A DNA stretch of 64,000 nucleotides from Epithemia pelagica (lineage: Eukaryota; Protista; Bacillariophyta): positions 1,178,001-1,242,000 of the forward strand of contig OX337239.1 in assembly GCA_946965045.2 (NCBI GenBank), written 5' to 3'. Under the pieces are notes generated by a model. It was not told the DNA's origin, did no database searches, and saw only the letters and a program-made list of their open reading frames with translations. Below are positions 19,042-31,311 of this stretch, in pieces (positions within the stretch are counted from its first letter, which is position 1; each line of letters starts with the position of its first letter). The position numbers and the translations under genes were made by a program.

Positions 19042-21546
19042 GTGTTCAAGGAACACCCTTCAAAAGACCATCTTGGTGTAACAGCCGCAAAACATACAAA
19101 GATACCACTTGTGACTTACAAAGATTTTGTTGACACCAAATATTTTGGGAATCGAAACGTTGAAACAGAAGAAATGCCGGATGATATCTTGCACGAGGAA
19201 CATCATTACATGGAACTTTATGCAAAAAAAGCAAACATCTTGTTCCATTCATTCAGATCCTTTCCAGGAGATTTGACAAAGGATGGTTCATTTGTTTAAT
19301 GTTTCCAAGCAGCACTTCGGAGTGGAATGATCACAGCTGAGCATCGGCAAATTCTTGCTAACATTCAAGATTGTCGGAACAGTCTAAATTCTGGAAGACC
19401 AGTGGATCCTCTGGAAAAAGAAACACAAAAGCCAACTGACAACTGTTGTGTCCATGATGAATATGATAATGAAAATGATGAGGATAGTGCTCTTCACAAA
19501 GATTTTGACAGTGCCTTTGAGGAGCTTATTGAGACGGTCAATGACATGAATGAGACAGGACTTGACTTGAGGTCGCCAACCAACATTTATCAGATTCCAT
19601 CATGTATCATTCGCAAATGTGGAACGTCAAACTGTGGCATTCAAAACATTGTTACACCTGTTATAGATGAAGACAACGGCTTTACAGGAAATGTTCTACA
19701 GCTCCTGGAAGACACCTCAGCTTCACATGTGGGTCTTGAGTCCACCCCTGAAACGTCCTTTTCTCATCATGTAACCAAAGCAGCTCTTCATGAATTGGCA
19801 ATTTCACGGACAGAGAGAATTACAGCTGGTGATGGACAGCAAGATATCAAAGCGATTGGGACATTGAAAAATATACGCGAATATGCAGCCCACCATTTCA
19901 GAGACGATATGGATCAGCGCTATGCATTCGAAGCAATCATTTCTGCTTTTATATTGCGTTTGCATGATGAGGCAAACCGAAATTCAAATACAAATCCTGA
20001 AGCAATGCCTACACGGAAACGACGGAAACTTGACAACATTCAAAAGACATTGCAAAAAGTCAACAGGGGAAACCAATTCATTGCATTTCTATCAGGAGCA
20101 GGGGGATCTGGGAAAAGCCACGTTATCAAAACAATTGTACGATACGCCAAAAATTTGTGCTACAACCTCCACATCAGGTATGACAAGAGAACTATTGTCG
20201 TTACTGCTCTTACAGGTGCTGCAGCAGTTGGGATAAACGGAGAAACAACTGCTATGGCTTGTGCACTAAACAGAGCAATTACCGAGGAACCAGAGCAATA
20301 GAAAAATGCTTATCTGTTGATCGTTGATGAAATTTCATTTGCCTCAAAAGAAGTCGTTGATACTCTTGATCACAAATTGCAACAAATATTGCAGCCAGAT
20401 GTAGCCTTTGGTGGAATTGCTCTTGTCTTTGCAGGTGATTTCACACAACTGAAACCAGTCAAAGCCCAACCATTATTCCTTTTTAAGGACTTCGTGAAAT
20501 GGTATGACTGGGTACACACATTCCTTGAACTTAAGACAAATCACAGGATTCGCCTTGATCCACCATGGGGGACAATTCTTGAGACATTTCGAGATGAGGG
20601 ACCAAGCAATGGTGATGTGGCGACAATCAATACTCGTGTTGTTGGATCTAAACATGGACCAACAGAGAAAGACATTCCTCCAAATGTGGTTTATGCAACG
20701 AAAACTAATCTTGATCGAGCAGCAATCAATGATGCCATTTTTGCTAAACATCTGGAAAATACCCATTCAAAAGATCCTAATGTTGACCCTCCCATGCACA
20801 CAATCTGTATCAAAGCGTCCAACTTGAAGTGGAAAAAAGCGGGAACAAGAAATGACTATGTTGATTTCAACAAGGCAAGTGAAGATATCCTATATGCCAC
20901 CTGTGGTGAGGGTCACTTGCAAGGACGAGACAACAAGAGATATGATCCACTTTTGAAACTGTATTATGGAAGACCGTTGTGTATCAATGAAAACAAAGAC
21001 GTTGAGTCATGTATTGCTAATGGTGCCATGTGTGAATTCAATGGCGTTCTCCTTAAGCAAGGGGTGACATTAACTGATTTGGAGAAAATATTGATTGATG
21101 GATATTATGTTTGGAGTCTTAAGGTCACTCAAATCGAGGGAATCAAGGTGAAAATGGTTGATGGAAACCAGAACCATGTTGTTCTTTTGAAGCCTCAGAC
21201 TGTTACTCAACAAGTGCAGTTCCCACTCCCCATGTTTGGCATGAAACGAGTGAGGAAAACGATGAAAATGACGCAGCTTCCTCTCAATGTGTCCAATGCA
21301 AGGACTGTTCATAAGCTACAAGGGAGATCAATCGAATTTCTTTACATATCGAACTGGGACTACACGGGCAATTGGAACTATGTTTGTTTGTCGAGAGTTT
21401 GCCAGCTCAAAGGCCTTTTCCTTGCAAAACCACTTATAGCCGACAAATGTCGTGGAATGTCTGCTTAATGTAAAGAGTTTCATGTACATTTCCGGACAAC
21501 TAAACGTCCGCCACCCGCGGTTCAGCTCGATGAAAGACATAATTAA
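19042..21546 (+). pseudogene. Helitron-type PIF1 helicase (RepHel C-terminal part) with three in-frame stops
   Basis: One frame with stops at 19297, 20299 and 21466. Motifs GAGGSGKS, ALTGAAA, IVDEISF, GDFTQLKPV, LKTNHR, ARTVHKLQGRS, YVCLSRV; upstream ILFHSFRSFPGDL linker motif. No HUH Rep motifs seen. Confidence 0.88.
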
Positions 21547-21983
21547 CTTTCATTTCTAGGAAGTGCTGCCAAGGATAAATAGAATAGTCCTGTCCACTGT
21601 ACTACTGATACTGAACTCAGCCGTCCTTTACCGCCTTGGCGGTTTCAATCTGGCCTTGTCCCGTTAAGCCGGGTCGCCATTCATTCTTCTGGGGGAAACA
21701 AGTACGAACCAAACAAGATTCATCAACAGCTTACTCGTACTGACCTGCTTCCGCGAATTCGTAATGGTGTGAAAGACGATTCGGAAGGCGAACGACAATC
21801 GATAGACCGATACGAGAATATGATCCGAGTGTTTGCAAAAGCCCATAAAAACAGTAACAAACAAACAAGCAGTAGAGTCGAACCGCGACCAGCAGTCTCC
21901 TGCCCAAGCAGAACAAAACCAACAAAAGCTTCGTGAACAAAGGAACCAAAGCCTTCTAAGAAAGACTCGTTGTTATAACAATA

Positions 21984-22367
21984 ATGCCGCATATTATTCT
22001 CAAGAAAACATTCAAGATCAAGGCCGGTCAATATGCAAATGAAAAGAATTTTTCCTTGCATGGTACCGCATTGACCAAGTCCATGATTGAGACCATAAAT
22101 CATGGCTTGGCTATGAACATTCGACCCTTGGGTCGTGCCAATTCACTCGTCTTCATTCCAAGCACCAAGAATGGCCATTTCACGGCCGAAATGAATCACG
22201 ATTTCCAAAAGTACAATGAAGAGGATGCCATGTGTGTCATTTTGGATGCGATGGAACAAATGGGCTGGACCTTTCGATTTCAATATGATTCAGAAACATA
22301 TTCGGCAAAATTCTCCGGTTCTTCCATGACTTCTCGAGAATTGTTTCTTTTTTCCAAAGCTTCATAG
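21984..22367 (+). CDS. Small hypothetical protein (127 aa)
   Basis: Clean ATG-to-stop ORF with globular composition, not overlapping a better ORF. Motif ILDAMEQMGWTFRFQYD...RELFLFSK. Confidence 0.55.
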   Translation: MPHIILKKTFKIKAGQYANEKNFSLHGTALTKSMIETINHGLAMNIRPLGRANSLVFIPSTKNGHFTAEMNHDFQKYNEEDAMCVILDAMEQMGWTFRFQYDSETYSAKFSGSSMTSRELFLFSKAS

Positions 22368-23123
22368 TGGGCTGTTGTGATGCGTTCCTGGACACAAATT
22401 GATCAATTTCGACACGACCGCGTTATTGACGGACACTGTATTCCAAGTCTCACAACCGCAGGGCCATATCATCGCCAGTACCAGACGATGGGACCATAAT
22501 GTAATGTTACATAGATCGATGTGTTTTGTATTGCCCATTGTACCCTGCACCAGCATGCTTCTACGGTCAGAAATTCGTATTCGTATGAAATCGTTCTTCG
22601 TCGGTTGCATTTGTCGACGTCCCAAACCATTTCAGTTTCAGTTGTGCCTTTTGCTCTCTCAGCACTTGAGACCTTCCCCAGCTGTATGGGAATAAATCGT
22701 CATGACATGTAAGTGCCATTTTTGATGTCGTTTTTTCATTCCCGAGTCCCCCAACAGATCCTTCCGTCCTTCCGTCCATCCGTCCGCAGTGGATCTTTGT
22801 TGCACTCGCCTCCAAGCTCCAAGTGGAAGAAAGAAAGATTTGATACAAACGCACCCAACAACACGCTCCATCTCTGGAAGCCTGTGTTTGAAGAAACTAA
22901 AACAAAAAAGGGAGACACCCCAGGATCTCTGAGGATCCTGCATCCATCACATCATCGACAAGCATCGCTCTCCTCATTAGGGCTTTCAATACCACTTCTC
23001 CTCCATCTGGAATCGTTGGCATTTGAACATCAATAAAAAGAAACAAACTTTGGTGGGCTGTGGAGATTTGTACCACAAGCCCTATATTCTACTGAAACAG
23101 GAAACAAACACCTTCCAAGCAAA

Positions 23124-24938
23124 ATGATTGGTCCAAGTGTATATCTCGTCGTTCCAGTACTGTTATTGATCGGTTCGGATATTTCAACCACCACGATAAC
23201 TGCAGCGGCGGCATCTTCGCCTTTTCTAGTGCACAGCTCCAAAGGTCGTTTGCCATCCAGTTTTGTATCGGTCTGGAATACCTTACAGCAACAACAGCAA
23301 TCCCAGCAAAAGCCAACATCAGAAACGCAGTCCGATGAGGAAGATGACGATACACCAAAAGGCGGAGAAGAGGAGACACCATCCGTCGCCTCCTCGGCGG
23401 CTGCTTGTCTGTTGGGGAGTCAAACGTTGACCCAACTGGAGCAAAATAGCATTCGACAAGGCTTGTTGCTCTTGTCCGAAAGTCAAGACGAGGATGACGA
23501 CGACAAGACCATGTTGTCTGTTTCGGAAACTGTATCGGTGGCTGGTTTTTGTCGAGACGCAGCAGCAACATCTAGTGACGATCCACTGGCACACGTTGCG
23601 TGTCTCGTGTTGCCCCGTCGCGATCAGTTGGTCGAAGTGGTGAGCAGTGTCGTGGCCACACAGGGACGCCTCGTCTTGGCGGTTTCGGCAATGGACTGGG
23701 CGCGTGGAGAAGGCTTTGTCACTCCTGCCCTCGCTGCGGCCTTGCAAACCTTGGTGGTCCATCAACCCAGTTTGCAAGAATCGGCCCAGTTGACCATTGT
23801 TGTCCCAGAGGATAGCGACATGAAACGACAACAAGCTTTGGAAACAGTACTCAACAACTTTTTGAAAACGCTTGGTTCTTTCACTAAGCCTATTAGCTTG
23901 ACATCCGTCTTTGGACAAGGTGTCGACTTTGTTTCGGCGTCTCAAGCACCTCAGGTGGTCTGGAAGACCCAAACCACATTGCCCAGTCCAGTGACAGACA
24001 TGTCTGTCTTGAATCAAGCGACTCAAGGCATGACTTTGGCGACGACCGCCCAGTCGTTGGACAAGGATCCGAAAGAGGTGGCAGCGGCACGAGTGCTGAC
24101 ACCTCACGTGTCGCGTCTCGTCCAACAAAGTGTCGCTACGGTCCAACGGACCATGGGGATGCCGTCGTCCCAAAAGGAGGAGGATGAAACCATGGCGGTC
24201 ACGACAACGACCGAGAAGGAGGAAGGGATTTCATTGGTTCCAGCCTTTGGTGAATTGTGTACGGCGACCGTGCAGTCTGCCACGTCCGAATTCCAACAAT
24301 TGTTGAAGCAACCGCAGTATACCGACTTGGCCTCTTGTCAAACCACCAAACGATTGCAACAACAATTGGTCGATCGCATTTCGGCCGCATTATATGGACT
24401 TATTCCCATTCAATTGGAACTCCAAAAAGTAGAGTCCATGCAAGAGTTGTCGAGCCGTTTGTCCAAATTGTTGTTGGGACCCAACTTGGCTCGTGATATG
24501 AAGTCGACGGCGCGGACCGTGATTGCGGAATTTACCAAGGCGACACAACGTCTGACCTCGTTTGTCGGGTTGGATGTCGATATGGGGACTGTGGCTCGCA
24601 TGGAATTTTCCAATCAGGTACAAGAACGCATTTCCAACGCGTTGCTCAATGCCCGTGCCTCGGGCAAGTTTCGTCCCTTACCGCGAAAGGGGATTACGGT
24701 AGGTATGCATTGGTTGTTGCCCAAACCCTTTGGCAATGATTATCGACAAGAACCGTGGATGGTTCATGCGACGGACAATCTCGTCTATGTACCGAAAGCG
24801 TCCAAACTTGTCGATGTGGCAGATGGTGGCGCTACGACTACAACGGCCGGAGACGGGGCGGCACCAGTCGCAGACGATTGGCGATCGCAAATCATTCCCC
24901 ATCCTGCGGGCAATGAATTGATTTACACACAACAATAA
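23124..24938 (+). CDS. Hypothetical protein with N-terminal signal peptide (604 aa)
   Basis: Long ORF, hydrophobic N-terminus VYLVVPVLLLIG, helical central region, followed by an A-rich 3' UTR-like segment. Confidence 0.75.
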   Translation: MIGPSVYLVVPVLLLIGSDISTTTITAAAASSPFLVHSSKGRLPSSFVSVWNTLQQQQQSQQKPTSETQSDEEDDDTPKGGEEETPSVASSAAACLLGSQTLTQLEQNSIRQGLLLLSESQDEDDDDKTMLSVSETVSVAGFCRDAAATSSDDPLAHVACLVLPRRDQLVEVVSSVVATQGRLVLAVSAMDWARGEGFVTPALAAALQTLVVHQPSLQESAQLTIVVPEDSDMKRQQALETVLNNFLKTLGSFTKPISLTSVFGQGVDFVSASQAPQVVWKTQTTLPSPVTDMSVLNQATQGMTLATTAQSLDKDPKEVAAARVLTPHVSRLVQQSVATVQRTMGMPSSQKEEDETMAVTTTTEKEEGISLVPAFGELCTATVQSATSEFQQLLKQPQYTDLASCQTTKRLQQQLVDRISAALYGLIPIQLELQKVESMQELSSRLSKLLLGPNLARDMKSTARTVIAEFTKATQRLTSFVGLDVDMGTVARMEFSNQVQERISNALLNARASGKFRPLPRKGITVGMHWLLPKPFGNDYRQEPWMVHATDNLVYVPKASKLVDVADGGATTTTAGDGAAPVADDWRSQIIPHPAGNELIYTQQ

Positions 24939-26995
24939 AAAGAGCAAAACAAAGAAACAAATGATGGTACAACAAGAGCAACTAAAAGACTCGGAAGACA
25001 AAACGCTCTGTACACAACATTTCGAAACACATAACTCAAAGAAAAACTAAAAACTCCACATTGAACCATAAATCTATGCGTACATTGATTCATCAAACAA
25101 CCGTGTATTGTCAAGTGACCACAAGCAATTCTTGGTTGCTGGAGCGTGGTCCAGGTTGCTCTTCTAGAAGGAAATTCTTTGTTCTTCCATTCAACACTAC
25201 AATGATAACAACGAATAGTTGTGATGCAAATTATTGGAAAAAGGCCTTCCCTATTGGTTCGTTCAAGGGGTGACCAAGAAAATCTCGAAATGTTCAATCT
25301 TGCCTCGTCAAAACCCTCATTAGATGAAACAAAGACGTCTAAAGCTGATGATGAGTTGGGCATTAATTGTGCTTGAATCGGCACATGGGTCATGTGTTGT
25401 TCATTCGAAGGCATGCCCGGAGCAGTCGTTCAGGGTCCAGGTGTCTGCGAGCGCTTACGGGGAGCGCTAAGGGTAATGGTTTACGGCAAAGACAGGGCAC
25501 TGTAGCTTCTCTAGCACGTGAAACGTGGACAGAGTGTCAACACCAATTGAGGATTGAGGATTGCGAATGCACAACATGAATCTTGTCCGCGTTTTGCTTT
25601 TAGCATCCAACATCCAATGAGTGCGAATTGCGAATGCTGCACCATCTCTGATAGTCATTCTTCATTCGTCATGCTTACGAGTAATATCATTATTGAAAAT
25701 TGAAAATGTTTTTTCCCATAATAGTGTACTTCTGCGTAATACATAAGCCTCTTCAACCCGGCAAGATTTCTGATGTTCTGGTGCATTCCAGATTTTCATG
25801 TATTGGCCTGTGCGATGCAGGATTTTGGAGAGAAATCGTCGACAACATTCTCGTCGTGTGATCCACCACATCATTGTTGTCATTCGCTCCATGGACCATG
25901 TATGCAGTAGCGAAGACAAAGGCAAAATAACATTAAGAACAAATCACACTTGTGTATGCATCAAAGGAGCGATGAATACGATGACGAAAACTCCTAGTTG
26001 TCATGAATAATACAACTCAAACGGCCGTTCGACACGGGTCTAATCCTTCCTGCTCTGCGATTTGAGCCTTTCGAGAACAATACACCAAGGGACGGTAGAT
26101 TCATACACAGAGAAGACTAATGGGATTGATTCCTCATACAGATTGCACAAGAAGAACTTTCCCACTTGCCAAGGACGCTTCGATCTGTCGTGGCTAATCT
26201 CTCGAGCTGAGTGGTTTGCTCATCCCGACAAGGCACGGAGAACAACATGGATTGGCTTCATACAGAAAAAGAGTTTGAGGACTGATTGGATGGGTGCTCG
26301 AGCGTCACATTCCTGACCATCAATCATGTGTTTCCATTCCGACTTGCTGTTGTTGGCAAGAAAGGGAGTCAGCAGAGAATACTAGGTAGAAGCTCATCGT
26401 AAGTGTCTCGCGGTCAATTTTCTCATTACCGCTGGTACACTTCTTGTCGTAAGAGTAGGGTGTATAAAACCATTTTGAAGAATACCACCTTTTACGAAGT
26501 AGGATGGATACGTGGTACAACTAATAGCGCTACACGTAGGTGAAAAGGACTGTTTGTGCTTCTCGCTGTTTCAATTTTCTGGATCATGAACCACGTCGCT
26601 GTTTTGACAAGAGCGAAAGTACACACATGATAGAGACCAAAGCTTAGGCGAGGTATTTGTTTGGGCTGTTTTAAAGGAATTTCTACTGATCAAAAGGCTC
26701 GCAAACGACGATGATAATAATACTATCAACAACCGTATTCTCGTGGAGAACCTTTGATATTTGCTTGAATGACAGGATAATTGGAAGGACATTAAGACTT
26801 TGCGTATTCCTTGTAGCCTATAGCAACCCTCTGTCCTCTGGCAACCAAGGCCCAAGGCGACTGGTACGATACACTTGCCAAAGAGGTAAAAAACTGAACG
26901 CCAGTCTCTCCCCGCCCCTGCTGCCGAGTCATGTCGGCACATGCCGGGTGCCGGGACGTTTGTCCATCAGCAGCCGTACGTTTGACCTCTACCTA

Positions 26996-27838
26996 GTGTC
27001 TATTCTACCCCGGTCCTCATATGAGGACAAATCCTCATATGAGGCCACTTTTCAACGTAGCATGTCAAATCAATCATGTACTCCTAAGTGGTTTTTAAGT
27101 TCAGATTTGTAATCTCCATACTTGAAAACGTACCCCATGATATTCTCATGGTTTAATTGTGATGAGTAGTGACGATACAGTATCAAAAACAGAATTCATC
27201 CATGTTGGAGCGATGGTGATTTTCTAAACTGAGTGTTTGGAGGGGATAAAACAGAAGACAATCAACCTGATGAGTGTTATTATCCCTAGTGATGATGACC
27301 AGTTGTCCTTTGCCTGATTGAGGCATCAGATTGAGAGAATTCAGCCAAAACAAGCCTCCATCACCACAGAGGAAAATTCTGAGACCGTAACAGCATTCGA
27401 CACCAATACAGGGTCAAATGCGGCGTCTGAGCCTCCTGCACCCCAACAGTTCATGTACAGGAAGCACAGACACCTTCAGGGAACCAGGAAAGGCCAGTGG
27501 GAGACTCAAATCCGCCAATGTATGTGAAGACAGTTGATTTCCCTCGACAAAATGGTTGGATTTGCCCTACATAAACTGGATGGATGCATTTTCCAACACA
27601 CATAGTGTCTTGCCACATAAACATAGAACATAATGGTTGATTGTGGTCTATTACTTTTCTATTTTAGGTGTTCATTTTTTTGGTAGAACGGTAGATTCCC
27701 ATGGTTGGGTTACATTTTTTGTCGATAGCTTCGTACAAAAGCTACTGTGGTCTACGTAGATATGATTTTAGTAGGATTGTCCTCATATGAGGACAAGCGC
27801 TGTCCTCATATGAGGACAAACCGGGGTAGAATAGACAC
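26996..27838. mobile_element. Non-autonomous TIR element (MITE-like, 843 bp)
   Basis: Perfect 19-bp TIR GTGTCTATTCTACCCCGGT at 26996-27014 / 27820-27838. Flanked by TA on both sides (symmetric context CTAG). Two (TG)TCCTCATATGAGGA(CA) palindromes at each end. Confidence 0.88.
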
Positions 27839-28375
27839 TAGAAGCACCGCGAACCACGGACCGTGACTCCTATGAGTGATTTTGAATTGTGACTGTTGTT
27901 GAGTGTATGTTGTTAAAACGTGTTGTTATTCGTCCCTCCTGTGCGGTCTTTGAGGATCCAGAAACAGCTTGGAAGTTGAAATTGCTTCGCCATGTTGTTG
28001 AGCGGATTATGATGAACGAAGAGACTTCCCAAGCAACAATCTCAGCGACATCCTCATTCTCAATATTCTGAATTGCGAACAAGGAGCAGATCATACTGTT
28101 AATAGTGCACGTCGTCGTAAAAACTTCGGAATGATGACAAGAAAAGAACTCTCCATCGATCGAAATCTTTATTTTTTATATCTCCATCATTGCAGACTAT
28201 GCTACACCAGCTGGAGAGTACTGGCTTCCATAGTCAAGGTAGCTACAATAGAATCCAGATCCGGTAGTTCCTATCGCTCTCCTATCCAAACCTCAATAGA
28301 AAAATTAGAAACCAAGCGATTGCTCCCGCTTGAGGTACAATTCTGAGTTAAAGAAGACTTGTATATTCATATATC

Positions 28376-28780
28376 CTAACGGGATAACGGATAACGGACC
28401 ATGACCCATGACCTTCAAGGTCATTGACACAAATTTCATGATCGGCAGGTGGCAGTAGTTCGAGGAAACTTATAACTTCGAACTTCGAACTTCGAACATC
28501 GACTACAATATACTCTATACCGGGGTGTTTGCAACGTAACGCGAAACATTCACCATTCATCATAGTCTACTAGGTAGCTAGATGTAGTAGCTAGTAGCTA
28601 TCCGTAGATTCTACGTAAAAACGTAGGAGTAGATGGATCATGAATCATGATGTTTGATGCTGTCTCAAATCTCAAAGTTCCGGCTTTTGACTTTTGAACT
28701 TTGGACCTTTTGATATATTGCTGTAAAGTTATGGTGGACCTACTACGTACTACGTTGCCGGGTGTCGGGTGTCGGGTGCC
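28376..28780. repeat. Intergenic tract saturated with different 7-bp tandem duplications
   Basis: ATAACGG x2, CCATGAC x2, AACTTCG x3-4 (28474-28501), GTAGCTA x2, ATCATGA x2, TCTCAAA x2, CTTTTGA x2, TACTACG x2 (28741-28754), GTCGGGT x2-3 (28757-28777). Confidence 0.8.
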
Positions 28781-29200
28781 ATCCTACAATATGAGCTATT
28801 CTGTAGCGTCAAGACTTCTAGAAAGGGGCTATAATCTTTCTTGGAGTAAACGGTACATTAACTATTAACTATTGATGGCTCGCCGTTCTTGACAGTACAC
28901 ACTGGGACCGGTCGCGAGTCGCGACACCAAATACATTGTTAATTGTTACTGACCACAGACCCACGTCGCACGTGTCGGTGGGAATGGGAGTGCTGTGTTG
29001 AGTGTTGAGGCGACTACAATAATTCTGGACCTCAATTTCTTCATGCATTTCTGGAGCAACTGCCCACAAAAACCCCACCTAACACGAACTTTTGGTGACT
29101 ACTACTTCTATCTATCTTTGGTGCGTGCTGTTTGAACAAGAACAAGAAAGGAGACCACATCATAGAGAGTTTTCTTTCTCCTCTCACTGTTACAGCAATC

Positions 29201-31311
29201 ATGATGGTTAAATTGATGAATCAATCTGCAGAACGTAAACTCATCATGACACATGCCAAACATATTTCCAAAAACAAAAGTCCACATCGAGGTAGAAATA
29301 AAACATACCACCTTATCAATATAAGGGAGGCCCACCTACATGCCAATCACGACGGTGGTAGCAGCTCTGTAAGCACCAATCATTCAAAGGAAAGCCGCAG
29401 TGACGACGGAAAAGAGATTGCTCTTCTTGGTAAATCTGCTTTGTCCATGACCGACACAAGGAGACTGTTACCGAGCGCTCCAGACAATGAATCAACTATT
29501 AGTCTTGGCGAGAACTATCATCCCTCCCCACATGATGTCATTTGTGGTCGGGGAAGACGAGCTTGGGTTCACCAAGGTAACGCCCGCTTTCGATCATTGT
29601 TGGAATCGAGGATGGATGAGTACAAAGACGCAAAAACCAAACTCGACAAGACACTGCTGGTTTCACAGGTCATGGAGGAAATCGAAGAAGCTAACCCACC
29701 GGGTCGCTTCATCAAACAGGAAGAGCGTGGTGGACAGTGGTCAATGGTGTCATTGGCAACGGCCAGGGAAAAGGTCGGCCAAGGGTAAGAAACTTTGCAG
29801 CAGCCGCCCAGTACACGTTGAATTGTAGAGACAGTGCTGTTGCCACATTACATCACACTCATCCCATGCATTATTCTTTCAATCACCGATGTCACTACAG
29901 GTTTCGAGACTTGTTGCATTCGAAATACAGATCCAGTTCCACCGCCAAGAAACAGCGAAAGAACTATGAATCACAATCATCGGGAACCGATCCCACAGGT
30001 AGTCCGAGTAACTCTGAGACTGCCCTGTCACGAAGCCTCCATAGTGCGAGTGTGGGCGAATCCACGCTGTCGAGAGAATCAAGCGATGCCTCGTTTAGCG
30101 AACATCATGAAGATGCATCAGCAGCGCACGTACGAAAGGTTCCTCGACGGGGCAATCCAGAACGATTGCTTCATCGAGCCCATTCCGAGCGTCTCGGACA
30201 AATCGCCGAAACCAACGAGAGTTCTAAGCAGTCACCACCAGACATGAAAATGTTTGCTTCCGACAGTGCCTTGCCTGCACCATCTTCCTTTATGAATAGC
30301 GAACAAGAACGGGCGGAGACTTCCAATGACATGAATGTAGAACCAATCCGGTTTGAAGAGGCTTTTGGTAATTCGACTGCACACCTCCAAGAACTACCAC
30401 GTGACAGCAACACTTTGCACTTTTTTCAAGATTTTGCATCATCCTCAATCCTACGCCAACAGCAACCACGTTCGCCCAAGTCTCCAAGAAACGCTGGCCA
30501 ACAACAACAAGAACGGTACTTGAATCAAGAACACGGCCATCAGCTTTCCTTAGGTAGCCTGGAACGCTCGCAACACCAAGATTCTTTAGTAAGCTCCGCA
30601 AGTATCCTTCCCATGTTTTCCTCAAGAAGATTGTCTCCCACAGCTGCTACGTCAAGTAACACAACCCTCCAGGCCCTTGAACCCACGGAACAGTTACAGC
30701 AACAGCATCGACGACGTATGGAGCCACCGATGATTCGCCCTACGCCCAGTCGGCTTGGTACATCTTCCGCATTTAGCGGCTTTGCTTCGCCGAGAACAAC
30801 ATCAGCATCTCAGCAATTGCGGTGGATGAGTGCTACACAGCAACACACACCTGTGTCACATCCTGAGACCATTCAAGTTCCAGCGGGAAGTTCTCGACAG
30901 AGAATGACGATGCCGCTATTGCACAGCAACACAAATACTAATTCCCCATCATCGTCCTCATTGACGATGTCACCTCCCCTACCAACGAGTAGAGGTATGA
31001 TGATGAACTCGGCAGCACCATACATGTCGAATCAGCAGCAACAATGGCAGCCTCCCACAGCATCCACGTCTTCTTCCCATGGTGTAGCTCGTCAGGAACA
31101 GATACTTCCAGCAGGAACTAACTCGATGCCAAACCATTTTCCCAACGTTCCATGGCCTGAGGAATGGCCGTTTGACGACGATGAGGATGAAGCGACCATG
31201 ATTGCCCCTCCTCCTGTTGCTTCTGCCACAGCTCCAGAAGAATCGGATCACTTCCAACAAAGACGAAGTGACGGCCAGCCCGATGATAAGGATCCATCGT
31301 CGCAGCCGTAA
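29201..31311 (+). CDS. DUF6824-type domain protein (diatom-expanded family) with low-complexity S/Q tail, 2 exons; start uncertain
   Basis: PHDVICGRG...HQGNARFRSLL...YKDAKTKLDKTLLVSQV...PGRFIKQ...W..VS...AREKVGQ|GFRD. Intron 29785-29900 restores the frame. Confidence 0.8.

Larger units (their letters stand above)
17231..21650 (+). mobile_element. Helentron/Helitron2-type rolling-circle element, internally deleted and inactive (ends approximate)
   Basis: 13-bp subterminal inverted repeat CTGAGTTCAGTAT at 17235-17247 / 21608-21620. 5' hairpin GTTCA-GTA-TGAAC at 17239-17251. 3' hairpin ACCGCC-TT-GGCGGT at 21630-21643. Encloses a PIF1 helicase pseudogene. Confidence 0.7.

Noticed and set aside
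19302-21572. GCAGCACTTC inverted match (about 19309 and 21561) as Helitron ends
   Set aside because: Only 10 bp and inside the coding frame; the 13-16-bp repeat with hairpins is a better boundary.
25600-25930. Possible kinase relic (ILHR..., WNAPEH) on the minus strand
   Set aside because: The motifs are in the wrong spacing, with no DFG, HRD or glycine-rich loop; consistent with chance.
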